A stretch of 64,000 bases of DNA from Candidatus Nanohaloarchaea archaeon (GCA_014297435.1 JACOQA010000001.1:96001-160000); one strand, 5' to 3'; positions 28,120 through 37,168 are shown, numbered from the stretch's first letter. A program made the numbers and translations. Notes: a model not told the origin generated them from the letters alone.

Positions 28120-28946
28120 TCGTCAGAACCAGCTTTGCTCTGGGTTTCGCTTTTGTCAATCTCTACCGATTCATCGAAGTAGTCTTCTTCGTAAACATCT
28201 CTCAACATTTTCATCCTCGCTAAATAATCGGTTTTGAGACCGGAATCTTCCAGAAAATCGTTCAGAGAGTCGCATTTATCTCTTATCTTACTTTTCGTTA
28301 CAGCGTACTCGCTTTCATGTAATTCTCCTGCTGTTGGAGCTTTCCCTGTTTCGTAAAGCCTTTCTCGTCCGATATGTTCGATTATGTCTTTACCATATTC
28401 TTTCCTGTTCGGCTCGAAGCCAGCCATTATCAGGGCGTTATTCATGTGTCCAAAGTATTCTTGGTAGGTCATTCGGCATCCTAGATCGTTATCTTTTAGA
28501 TATTCGCCGGTTGGTGTTCCGTTCGTTAGTTCGCCGACAGCTTTTAGGATACCCACAAGTTTCTGTCGATCCTGCCACTTACTATCCTGTTTCTCGAGTC
28601 TTTCCTCGAACTTTGAAAGCATTAAAGGCGGCGCGTGTCTTTCTACAGTATATTCATTTACTTTGGCGATTCTGCTGGTTTCCAGCAAGCCAAGTTTGTC
28701 CTCGTTTTCTCCCCAGAAAAGATGTTTCTGTTCTCCCTCTATTTCTACTTCTTTGAGTCTTTCAAGTGCTTCGAGCAGTTTGTCGTCTATCCCATCTTTC
28801 TGTATATCGAACTTTGCGACTAATTTGGCGTACTCGTCACCGATTTGGATATTAAACTTTTCTTTCGCCACTTCCAGTAACGAGAACAGAAGATTTAATA
28901 CTTTTTGGTAGTTACTCTTCGCTGTGTTCGAGGGATTCCAGTCCAT
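28116..28946 (-). CDS. protein with homing-endonuclease-associated-type repeats, no nuclease domain seen
   Basis: G.TPT...TYQEYFG.MNNAL..AGFEPN and a second degenerate copy GKAPT...SLNDFL..SGL. Confidence 0.6.
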   Translation of the reverse strand: MDWNPSNTAKSNYQKVLNLLFSLLEVAKEKFNIQIGDEYAKLVAKFDIQKDGIDDKLLEALERLKEVEIEGEQKHLFWGENEDKLGLLETSRIAKVNEYTVERHAPPLMLSKFEERLEKQDSKWQDRQKLVGILKAVGELTNGTPTGEYLKDNDLGCRMTYQEYFGHMNNALIMAGFEPNRKEYGKDIIEHIGRERLYETGKAPTAGELHESEYAVTKSKIRDKCDSLNDFLEDSGLKTDYLARMKMLRDVYEEDYFDESVEIDKSETQSKAGSDD

Positions 28947-29235
28947 AACTCATAGTTGCGCCAGCTCTTACTTGTGCAGCTATCTGGATTGTGTGTGCGA
29001 TCTCTTCGTCTGTAGCTCCGTATTTGATAGCTTTCTGACCGTGCGTATGTACACAGTACTGGCATTGTGTGGCTGCAGCTGCTGCTAAACCTAACAGCTC
29101 TCTCGTTTTGTCGTCAAATACTGTCTCATCAGCGATTGAACTTTTCCAGTCCTTATAGTAGTCCATCATTTCTTCGGAGTTTTCTCTAAACTTCTTCGCC
29201 GCGTCCATGTGGTCCTGGTTGAATGGTGAACTCAT
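28912..29235 (-). CDS. AhpD/carboxymuconolactone decarboxylase family
   Basis: KTRELLGL, CQYC..H, GAT.EEI. Confidence 0.9.
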   Translation of the reverse strand: MSSPFNQDHMDAAKKFRENSEEMMDYYKDWKSSIADETVFDDKTRELLGLAAAAATQCQYCVHTHGQKAIKYGATDEEIAHTIQIAAQVRAGATMSYGLESLEHSEE

Positions 29236-29432
29236 TGAAGAGGTGTGCGATCTCTTAGAATAAAAAGCAGTATCGAGCTGAACATCTTCGATAGAAAATC
29301 TAATTATTCTGTCGATAAACTGGTTCAAACGGGCTGATAATCTATTGACTACCAACCAGGAATGTGGTCAGGCTTTTTGAGATTATAAGGAGATTGAGTA
29401 ACAGCTTGTCTCGGAAAAACTAAAATTCTGGC

Positions 29433-29753
29433 TTATTCGATGGATATTCTGTAGTAAGCGGGTTTATGACCTTTTGATTTTCGGTCAGATACGTTTCCGC
29501 CTAGAGACCTCCCTTGATATTTTTTCTCTGGTTTTATTATCCATTCCCATCCTGGAATATCTCCCTCTTCCCTTGCATTCTCAAGCTGCTCTCTCAGATT
29601 TCTAGAAATCTTACGAAGGTCGCCTTTGATCTCTTCGGTCTCGGAGCCCTTGAGTTCACGGGAGAAAAGCTCGACCTTCAGAACAGGTCCTGACTGCTTC
29701 CTGACATTCTTAACGCCTTCGATCGTTCTTATACTCTTGATAAGCTCTTTCAT
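29433..29753 (-). CDS. hypothetical protein
   Basis: ATG at 29753; the longer ORF-track version runs into the tRNA gene. Confidence 0.65.
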   Translation of the reverse strand: MKELIKSIRTIEGVKNVRKQSGPVLKVELFSRELKGSETEEIKGDLRKISRNLREQLENAREEGDIPGWEWIIKPEKKYQGRSLGGNVSDRKSKGHKPAYYRISIE

Positions 29754-29775
29754 AGGAACTGCTCTTCCAAAGAAT

Positions 29776-29926
29776 TGCTCCACCCGGGATTCGAACCCGG
29801 GACCGCCGCCTAACTTAAGACTCCAGCCGAGCTGGTAATCTAGGCAACGCACAGGCTTTCTCAAGCAACTGTTTTCTGTGCGAGGTCCGTATAAGGACGG
29901 TGCTCTAACCCCTGAGCTAGTGGAGC
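29776..29926 (-). tRNA. tRNA-Ile(UAU) with a 78-nt intron at 37/38 (exons 29926-29890 and 29811-29776)
   Basis: GCTCCAC/GTGGAGC-A acceptor, CCGTC-CT TAT A^A-GGCGG anticodon arm, BHB core CTTA/TAAG with 3-nt bulges. Confidence 0.92.
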
Positions 29927-29932
29927 TGTTTA

Positions 29933-29965
29933 TGTAGTCGGCCGCTATCCGGCTCTCATCCTACA
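29933..29965 (-). other. K-turn-like hairpin just upstream of tRNA-Ile
   Basis: TGTAG-GAT-GA-G-A-GCCG-GATAG-CGGC-C-GA-CTACA. Confidence 0.55.
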
Positions 29966-30006
29966 GAATGGCTTGAGTCCTGTAATCTAAAAAAGGCTTC
30001 CGAAAT

Positions 30007-31356
30007 TCAGGTTCTGGAATAGAACTCTTTGGCTTTGAGAGGCTCTCCGTATTCTTCGATTATCGGCTGCAGCATGAGGTGCTGCCGGAACATTTCCCAG
30101 CTTGAGTGTGCGTCTGTTGAAGCCACATATTCCAGTCCGCCGTCCTTCGAACGAGAAGCTAGCTTTCTCGTAAACATTTCCGCATCTTCAGGTGCATAGA
30201 AATTTTCGGCATCTGAGAACTCCTTTCTTAGTTTGCCTAATATTCTTCCGTTAGCTTCTAGGGTCGCATCTGTTATCTCTGCAAAGTCCAATATATCATC
30301 CATATACTCTTCTCTTACATGATCGCGGGTTGAAGGGTTTGTAAGTATTAGATCCCAATGAGAATGGATGATCGGGGTGTCGGATGATTTTTGGTTTGAG
30401 GCGTACTCATGGAAATCGTCTTCTTCGGAGTACTTTGAATAGATCCCTTCAAGCCTTTCTAGCTCATTATCCTCCAGGTGAGATGTGTTATTCATCTCAA
30501 GTATCGCTCGCATGTAATCTGCCTGGTATCTTTCTACAGCTTCCTCGAGCTCTTCGTCTTCGAGGTGACTGAGGTCAGCTTTCCTTATGTACTGCGTTTG
30601 TTTATCATGCATGTTTTCTTGGATAAAACCTTCTGGGAGATTGTGGACACTTATTACGGCATGATCTAGATCATTTTCGTTCAGGAGTTTTTCTATTCCG
30701 TTGTCAAGCCAGCTCTCATAATCCTTCTCAATGCTCATGGTGGCGGGCTTAAGAGCTTCCTTCGGTGTCTGACCCAGGGTTGCAAGGTTTTCTTCTCCGG
30801 CAGCCTTTACTATAGAGTCTCTCGACAACTGTCTGATTGTGTCGTCAGGAACCTCACTGGTAGGTTCAGGAATTCCTATTTCAAGTGCGTCTCTGTAGTA
30901 TTCCCTTATCCCTTCTAGATATCCATCAAAGTCATTGAAATGTTCTTCCAGCTCTTCGTCTATATTGTTGCTGAAAAGAGCGATTGAATCATTCAGGTTC
31001 TTTAATTGATCTTCAAGGTTAGCGACCTCTCCATTCATGGCTATTTCATAAGCTTTATTTCCGTTAGAAGTGTAGAGTATGACTGCGTCGGCGTCTTTCC
31101 TGGAGTGGTCGGCTACTCCTATCTGGATACCCATTTTTTCCGCAGTCTCAATTATTTGCTTTATATTCTCGCCGTCGGAGTAACTTGAGTGAACATGGGG
31201 GTCGAACTCCCATTTTTCTGTATCAATATATTTATCCATAAGCTCTTCGAAGCTAGGTTGCTCCTTCCCAATGCTTTCTCTGGCATCTTGGGGTGCTGCC
31301 GTGAACTTGTTCTGACCGGATTCCCCCCATCTGTTAAAGAGACCAATAAGTGCCAT
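30007..31356 (-). CDS. PHP-domain phosphoesterase with large insertions
   Basis: DPHVHSSYSDG, ADHS, SVH, H.D, E.N, STDAHS. Confidence 0.82.
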   Translation of the reverse strand: MALIGLFNRWGESGQNKFTAAPQDARESIGKEQPSFEELMDKYIDTEKWEFDPHVHSSYSDGENIKQIIETAEKMGIQIGVADHSRKDADAVILYTSNGNKAYEIAMNGEVANLEDQLKNLNDSIALFSNNIDEELEEHFNDFDGYLEGIREYYRDALEIGIPEPTSEVPDDTIRQLSRDSIVKAAGEENLATLGQTPKEALKPATMSIEKDYESWLDNGIEKLLNENDLDHAVISVHNLPEGFIQENMHDKQTQYIRKADLSHLEDEELEEAVERYQADYMRAILEMNNTSHLEDNELERLEGIYSKYSEEDDFHEYASNQKSSDTPIIHSHWDLILTNPSTRDHVREEYMDDILDFAEITDATLEANGRILGKLRKEFSDAENFYAPEDAEMFTRKLASRSKDGGLEYVASTDAHSSWEMFRQHLMLQPIIEEYGEPLKAKEFYSRT

Positions 31357-31486
31357 GGTACACTATTGTGTAATTAAATACAATCAGATTGTTATACCTG
31401 ACTGTAACCATAAGGGGGTCCGGGACATCTTAATAAATCTTCCAAGGAAACCTCAAATTGTAACTTTTCTAGGTGAATACTAAACA

Positions 31487-32200
31487 ATGCAGATGACCAA
31501 CCAGCAACAGCAACAGTATGACCGCGGGATCACGACCTTCTCGCCCGACGGAAGACTCTTCCAAGTAGAATACGCAAAAGAAGCAGTTAAAAAGGGAGCG
31601 ACAGCTCTAGGACTAGTCTACGACGACGGCGTAGTTCTAGCAGCCACAAGAACAAACTCCAGACTAAAGGTGAGAAACCCGGAGAAAGTTTTCAAAGTGG
31701 ACGACCACGTAGGCGTAGTAAACTCCGGGCTTGTAGCCGACGGAAGAAAGCTAGTCGATGAATCAAGAGATGAAGCACAGAGATATCTTGCAACATACGA
31801 TGAAAACATTCCTGCCTCAGTACTCGCAAAATTCGTCGCCGACAGATGCCAACATTTCACACAGTATGGAGGAGTAAGACCGTACGGAATCTCCACGATT
31901 ACAGGCGGAATCAAAGACGGAGAGCCAAGAGTCTACCAGACCGATCCATCAGGAACACTCAACCAGTGGAACGCAGTAGCAATTGGCAAGGGAGGGAACG
32001 AAACAACAGAGTACCTCGAAGACAACTGGGAAGAAGGACTAAGTGAAGAGGAAGCAATTGAAATGGCCTTGAAAGCACTCAAGGAAGGAGAGGAAGAGAT
32101 TGAGACAGAGAACGTAGAGATTGCGACCGTAGATCTTGAAGAACAGTACCAGAGAATTGAACCAGAAGAGCTTGAGGATAGAGATCTAGGTGTCGAATAA
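31487..32200 (+). CDS. psmA: proteasome subunit alpha
   Basis: YDRGITTFSPDGRLFQVEYA, RPYG, DPSG. Confidence 0.97.
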   Translation: MQMTNQQQQQYDRGITTFSPDGRLFQVEYAKEAVKKGATALGLVYDDGVVLAATRTNSRLKVRNPEKVFKVDDHVGVVNSGLVADGRKLVDESRDEAQRYLATYDENIPASVLAKFVADRCQHFTQYGGVRPYGISTITGGIKDGEPRVYQTDPSGTLNQWNAVAIGKGGNETTEYLEDNWEEGLSEEEAIEMALKALKEGEEEIETENVEIATVDLEEQYQRIEPEELEDRDLGVE

Positions 32201-32203
32201 AAG

Positions 32204-32244
32204 CTTTCTCCCCCCTTTTACTTTTCGTTTTTATTTTCTTTATT
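32204..32244 (+). terminator. pyrimidine/U-rich terminator
   Basis: CTTTCTCCCCCCTTTTACTTTTCGTTTTTATTTTCTTT right after the psmA stop. Confidence 0.55.
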
Positions 32245-32294
32245 CAGATCAATTACCGGAAAGAGCTTTAAGTCTACGACCTGTTAAAACGTTT

Positions 32295-32981
32295 ATGGAC
32301 ACTTCCGACGGCATAACAATTCAGTACAGGGGCGACAAAAACTTTGAGATTCTAGTAGAGCCGAGCCTTGCGAAAGAAGCAAAAATAGAGGGTAAAGACC
32401 ATGATATCCAGAGACTTCTTTTTGTACAGGAGGTCTTCGAGGACGCAGGGGACGGGAAGAGAGCCTCAGTAGAAGATTTAGATGAAGAATTTGGAACCAA
32501 ACAGGTAATGAAGTCGGCCGAAGAGATATTTGAAAAAGGCGACATGCAGCTTACAACTGATCAAAAAGCCGAGATGCGAGAGGAGAAAAGAAAACAACTC
32601 GTCGATCTGATAGCACGTAGAGGTCAGGATCCAAAAACCGGAAATCCACATCCTCCGAAAAGAGTTGAGAACGCTTTAGAAGAGGCAGGGTTCCATATCG
32701 ATGCGATGGATGATATCGAAGAAAAGTTCGAGGAAGCAATAGATCTTTTGAGACCGATAATCCCTATCTCCTTAGATGAAAAAACTGTTGCCATTAGGAT
32801 TCCTCTCGACTCTGCGGGCAAAGCCTATGATCGGATTCAGCAGGTCGCAGATGTTAAAGAGGAGGAATGGGGCAACGAATACTTCCGTTGTAAAGTTAAG
32901 ATGCCTGCAGGAGTTCTTTCCGAGATGATGAGTGAGATACAGGAGATCACGGGAGGACAGGCAGAGATGAAGGAAGTCTAA
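32295..32981 (+). CDS. sdo1: ribosome maturation factor SBDS/Sdo1
   Basis: FEILV.P, G..QLT..Q, DPKT..PHPP.R. Confidence 0.95.
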   Translation: MDTSDGITIQYRGDKNFEILVEPSLAKEAKIEGKDHDIQRLLFVQEVFEDAGDGKRASVEDLDEEFGTKQVMKSAEEIFEKGDMQLTTDQKAEMREEKRKQLVDLIARRGQDPKTGNPHPPKRVENALEEAGFHIDAMDDIEEKFEEAIDLLRPIIPISLDEKTVAIRIPLDSAGKAYDRIQQVADVKEEEWGNEYFRCKVKMPAGVLSEMMSEIQEITGGQAEMKEV

Positions 32982-33710
32982 CTAAGTGACTTTCTTATCT
33001 TCTCCCACTGTGGCTCCGTAAATTCTCTAGTGGAGGACTCTAATTTTGGGTTCATAGGGTTACTGTCGTGATCATGCCCTAGGTCGGCTACATGACCAAT
33101 TTCATGTCGGAAGATTATTCCGTCACTATCGTGTGCCATTACAACAGCTCGATCAAAAAGACCGACTCCACGTAAATAATCTGACTTTTTATTGACGTCT
33201 CTGTATCCCTCTTCTTCCCATGGGGTGTAGAAAATATTGATCGCGGCATCCCGCATCATAGGTTCGTTTTTTCGCCGTATAAACCATTCGGGATATTTAG
33301 GATATTTTGAAAGCTTTTTTTACTTCCTAGAATGTTCTTTGCTGAGCTACCATGCTCTTGGTATGTTTCCGTGCTGATACGATCCTTTCTAAGACCTACA
33401 ACGGTGTTCACACTGTTTTGCTCGAATTCGGTTTCGATTTGATTAAGCGTCTCTTTATTCGGTTCTGTTCCATCTACCGCGTACACATCTACGATTAGGT
33501 TAGGTTCGCCTTCCTCGAAGGCGCTGTAACTTAAATCTTCGTAGATACGGTTCAGATGATTTCCGAACAGGTCTGATCAATAAATTTTTCTGGAACGCCG
33601 TTGTACTCAAGTTCCTCAGAAGCTCAGGTCTCCAAGTGAGGTTTCAGTCCAAATGCGCCGACTACTGCACCAATTGTTCCTAGATCCTTCAATATTTCAC
33701 GTCTTTCCAT
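32978..33710 (-). pseudogene. disrupted twin-arginine zinc metalloprotease (metzincin-like)
   Basis: MERREILKDLGTIGAVVGAFG, then an in-frame TGA and two frame breaks; last fragment carries HEIGHVADLGH...PM. Confidence 0.7.
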
Positions 33711-33874
33711 ATTTATTCCAGTTTGAGGCTCATGACACGAATCTTATAAGCAGGAGTGGGGGAAGCTCCCCGAGTCTATTTAAGAATTGCCGGCGCCTCC
33801 TTTATTATAAACCGCTTTTCTAGTGGAAAGAAAGAAGTTTAACTCAAATAGCTAATTTAGGTGCAATATCGAAA

Positions 33875-34564
33875 ATGTCACGTGTTAAAGAAGAAAAAGA
33901 TCTAGTAACGCCAGGAGATACGGTGTTCGAGGGCAACGAGCTCTACGCCAACTCTGGCGTCTACGAAGAAGACGATAAAATCATATCAAAATACACGGGA
34001 GTGGTCGAGTACGGCCAGAACTCTGTACGTGTCGTTCCGATGTCCGGACGTTATATGCCGGAAGAAGGGGACATCATTATTGCAGAGATCTCCCAGGTAT
34101 CATACAACAATTGGAGAGCAGATCTCAACTCAGCTTACGATGGAATGCTGAGAATCGATGTCGCAGTAGACGAATACATCGACTTAGATGAAGATGATTT
34201 GACTGACTACTTCGACGTAGGCGATGCAATCGTCGTAGAAGTTACATCTGTCTCCGAACAAAAAGATATCAATCTGTCCATGGAGGACAAGAGATGCAGG
34301 AAGCTTAATGGCGGAAGAATCATCGAAGTCTACCCTTCGAAAGTTCCGAGAGTAATCGGAAAGAAGGGAACCATGATCAAACAGATTAAGAAAAAGACAG
34401 GATGCAAGATCATCGTCGGACAGAACGGACTTGTCTGGATCGATGGCGACAACGCAAACCTGGCAGCAAGAGCAGTCAAGAAAATTGAAGAAGAGGCCCA
34501 TACCGATGGTTTAACCGACAGAATCGGCGAATGGCTTGATGAACAGCTGGAGGAAGGTGAATAA
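33875..34564 (+). CDS. rrp4: exosome subunit Rrp4
   Basis: V.PGD, Y.P..GD, S1 domain, KH GKKG, G.NG.VW. Confidence 0.95.
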   Translation: MSRVKEEKDLVTPGDTVFEGNELYANSGVYEEDDKIISKYTGVVEYGQNSVRVVPMSGRYMPEEGDIIIAEISQVSYNNWRADLNSAYDGMLRIDVAVDEYIDLDEDDLTDYFDVGDAIVVEVTSVSEQKDINLSMEDKRCRKLNGGRIIEVYPSKVPRVIGKKGTMIKQIKKKTGCKIIVGQNGLVWIDGDNANLAARAVKKIEEEAHTDGLTDRIGEWLDEQLEEGE

Positions 34565-34565
34565 A

Positions 34566-35297
34566 ATGCCAGAAGACGTAGAATTCTTTGACGAAGACGG
34601 ACTAAGAGTTGACGGAAGAGAAAAAGACGAACACAGAGAAACCAACATGGAAGTAGGAGTTCTGGACGAAGCGGACGGTTCCGCGATGGTTGAGACAGGT
34701 AACACGAGAGTAGTAGCTTCTGTCTTCGGACCACAGGACCTTCACCCAAAACACCTTCAGGAAAGCGATAGAGCTGTAATCAAGATGCGTTACAACATGG
34801 CTCCTTTCTCCGTAGACGACCGGATGAGGCCAGGACCAAACAGGAGAGCCAAGGAGATCGGTTTGGTAGCGAAGAAGGCTTTGATGCCCGCTGTAGAGCT
34901 TGAAGAGTTCCCGAAGGCAGGAATCGACATTTCGATGGAAGTAGTCGAGTCCGACGGAGGAACAAGAGTGACCGGGATCAACGCAGCAGCACTCGCACTT
35001 GCCGATGCAGGAATCCCTATGAAAGGTCTTGTATCCGCAACTGCCGCAGGAATCGTCGAGGATGAAGTTGTTCTCGACGTTAACGGTGTTGAGGACAAGC
35101 AAGGTAACGCCGACATCCCGATCGCACTGATCAACGGAGAGGATAAAATTTCGCTTCTCCAGATGGACGGCGATATCTCGAAAGAAACACTCGACGAAGC
35201 TCTCTCACTTGCAAAGAAGGGATGCAGAGATCTACACGAACAGCAGAGAAGTGCGATAATCGAGAAGTACGAATCAATCAGAGGTGACGTAGAATGA
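34566..35297 (+). CDS. rrp41: exosome subunit Rrp41
   Basis: R.DGR, ADGSA, YNMAPFS, DGGTR, LLQMDG. Confidence 0.96.
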   Translation: MPEDVEFFDEDGLRVDGREKDEHRETNMEVGVLDEADGSAMVETGNTRVVASVFGPQDLHPKHLQESDRAVIKMRYNMAPFSVDDRMRPGPNRRAKEIGLVAKKALMPAVELEEFPKAGIDISMEVVESDGGTRVTGINAAALALADAGIPMKGLVSATAAGIVEDEVVLDVNGVEDKQGNADIPIALINGEDKISLLQMDGDISKETLDEALSLAKKGCRDLHEQQRSAIIEKYESIRGDVE

Positions 35298-36085
35298 AGC
35301 TTAACCAGGAAACAATCAGGAAGATGGTGAAGGAAGGAGAAAGACTTGACGGAAGAGACCTAGATGAGTTCAGAGATATCGAGGTTACTCCGGACTACAT
35401 CAACGAGACAGCGGAAGGATCCGCCAGAGTAGAAATTGGAGACACAAAAGTTGTTGTCGGACTCAAAGTCGACGTCGAGGAACCTTTCCCCGACCGACCG
35501 AAACAAGGCAACATCGTTACGAACGCAGAGCTCGCTCCGATGGCCTCGAGAGAATATGAGGCGGGTCCTCCACAGGAAGAAGGAGTCGAACTCGCAAGGG
35601 TTGTTGACAGAGGGATCAGAGAATCTGAAGCTGTTGACCTCGAAGCACTATGCATCGAGCCAGGTGAGAAAGTTATCACGCTCTTCCTAGATGTCCACGT
35701 CTTGAACGATGATGGTAACTTGATCGATGCATCCGCACTTGGAGCGCTTGTCTCTTTGAAGACAGGTTTCATTCCCGAGTACGATGAAGAACAAGGAAAG
35801 ATCGTCCGAGACGAGAAGATGATGGATGTCCCTCTAGAAGATGATCCTGTAACGGTTACAGGACACCAGATCAACGGCGAACTTGTCTGGGACACCACAG
35901 GAGAGGAAGAAGACGCCCGAGACGCACGCCTAACTGTATCGATTAATGACCGCGGTAACGTCGTTGCGATGCAGAAGGGAGATACCCAACCTCTCTCGCA
36001 GGACGAAGTCATGGAGATCGTTGAAGAAGCTGAAGGCAAGACCCAAAACCTGAGAGATGTCGTTGAACAGGCGACAGGGGAATAA
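35294..36085 (+). CDS. rrp42: exosome subunit Rrp42
   Basis: RLDGR, AEGSA, ELARVVDRGIRES, DGNL.DA. Confidence 0.96.
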   Translation: MKLNQETIRKMVKEGERLDGRDLDEFRDIEVTPDYINETAEGSARVEIGDTKVVVGLKVDVEEPFPDRPKQGNIVTNAELAPMASREYEAGPPQEEGVELARVVDRGIRESEAVDLEALCIEPGEKVITLFLDVHVLNDDGNLIDASALGALVSLKTGFIPEYDEEQGKIVRDEKMMDVPLEDDPVTVTGHQINGELVWDTTGEEEDARDARLTVSINDRGNVVAMQKGDTQPLSQDEVMEIVEEAEGKTQNLRDVVEQATGE

Positions 36086-36090
36086 AAAAG

Positions 36091-36110
36091 TTTTCTCCCC
36101 TTTTATCTTT
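36091..36110 (+). terminator. pyrimidine-rich terminator-like tract
   Basis: TTTTCTCCCCTTTTATCTTT after rrp42, similar to the psmA tract. Confidence 0.4.
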
Positions 36111-36129
36111 CATATCAGGTGACTACAAA

Positions 36130-36390
36130 ATGCCAAGGAAGAACAGCTCCTCGAAGAGATTCGGCGCAAGATACGGAAGCAAAGTAAGAAAAAACGTTGA
36201 CGAAGCAGAATCCGGAGACGACGAGTACGAAAGAGTCGCAGCCGGAATCTGGAAGAATAAGGAAACCGGAGAAGTCAAGGCTGGAGGCGCATTCAGACCA
36301 GACACCGGTGCAGAAGAAATGATGAACAAAGCTCTCAAGGTCGAAACCGAAGAGCTAGAAGAAGCTAAAGAAAAGATCGAGGACGAATAA
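36130..36390 (+). CDS. rpl37ae: ribosomal protein L37ae (eL43), cysteine-free variant
   Basis: RFGARYG...R...GIW...AGGA..P; canonical position after rrp42. Confidence 0.9.
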   Translation: MPRKNSSSKRFGARYGSKVRKNVDEAESGDDEYERVAAGIWKNKETGEVKAGGAFRPDTGAEEMMNKALKVETEELEEAKEKIEDE

Positions 36391-36393
36391 ACC

Positions 36394-36606
36394 ATGACAG
36401 ACGAAGAACCTGTCGAAGAAACAGAAGTCGAAGAAGAGGTCGACGAAGTAGTTGAGAGACCTCAGGGCAAAGGCTACAAATGTGTTAACTGTGAGACAGA
36501 GGTCGAGATTGATCCTGTCGACGACAAGATTATCTGCCCGAAATGCTCTCACCGCGTGCTTTTGAAGAAGAGATCGGAAGACCCTGACACAGTCAAAGCT
36601 ATCTAA
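36394..36606 (+). CDS. rpoP: RNA polymerase subunit Rpo12
   Basis: YKCVNC...ICPKCSHRVLLK.R...VKA. Confidence 0.93.
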   Translation: MTDEEPVEETEVEEEVDEVVERPQGKGYKCVNCETEVEIDPVDDKIICPKCSHRVLLKKRSEDPDTVKAI

Positions 36607-36619
36607 AGGTTATTTTACG

Positions 36620-36838
36620 ATGAGGTCAGAGATCGAGATAAACTCCAGTCAACCAAGTAACTTGGTGAGAGTGCTGGAGAAAAGCCTTACCTCAGACAAC
36701 AAAGTAAATTACGTTATTAACGGAGAGGAAGGAAGGCTTAAGATTGAGGTCGAGACTGATGGTCTAGGACCGTTGAGAGGTTGTACAGACACGGTGTTCC
36801 GTTTAAGCTCGCTATCAAAAAAGATACTAGAGGTTTAA
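36620..36838 (+). CDS. pcc1: KEOPS subunit Pcc1
   Basis: L.IEVE.D.L..LR...T.FRL pattern; lies between rpoP and pfdB. Confidence 0.75.
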   Translation: MRSEIEINSSQPSNLVRVLEKSLTSDNKVNYVINGEEGRLKIEVETDGLGPLRGCTDTVFRLSSLSKKILEV

Positions 36839-36844
36839 CTTATT

Positions 36845-37168
36845 ATGACAGAGGACGCACAGAAGGCGATGATGGAGATGCAGCAAAACCAGCAGCAGAT
36901 GCAGCAGGTAATGCAGCAGAAAGAAGAAACAGAGTCAGAACTACAGGAATCAAAAAAAGCTCTCGACGAGCTTGGAGATGATTCTGGAACAGTTTACAGA
37001 CAGGTAGGAAACATTCTGGTCGAAAAAGACCGTGAAAAGCTGGAGAACGAACTTGAGGAAAGAGTTGAAGATCTAGAGGTAAGGAAGAAATCTCTGGAGA
37101 AAAAGGAAAACAAGCTCCAGCAAAAACTCGAGGATGCACAGAAGCAGATAATGCAGGGTCGAGAATAA
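36845..37168 (+). CDS. pfdB: prefoldin beta subunit
   Basis: Coiled coils flanking VYRQVGNILV. Confidence 0.93.
   Translation: MTEDAQKAMMEMQQNQQQMQQVMQQKEETESELQESKKALDELGDDSGTVYRQVGNILVEKDREKLENELEERVEDLEVRKKSLEKKENKLQQKLEDAQKQIMQGRE

Noticed and set aside
29754-29864. N-terminal extension of ORF 29433-29864
   Set aside because: Overlaps tRNA-Ile exon 2 and intron; the real start is probably 29753
29927-29990. Complete H/ACA or C/D guide RNA upstream of tRNA-Ile
   Set aside because: An ACA is present but there is no lower stem or pocket, and C-to-D spacing is too short for a standard guide; only the K-turn is claimed
34602-36039. Long antisense ORFs over rrp41/rrp42 (and similar ones over pcn, rps2, psmA)
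   Set aside because: Ser/Phe-rich mirror frames of acidic sense genes
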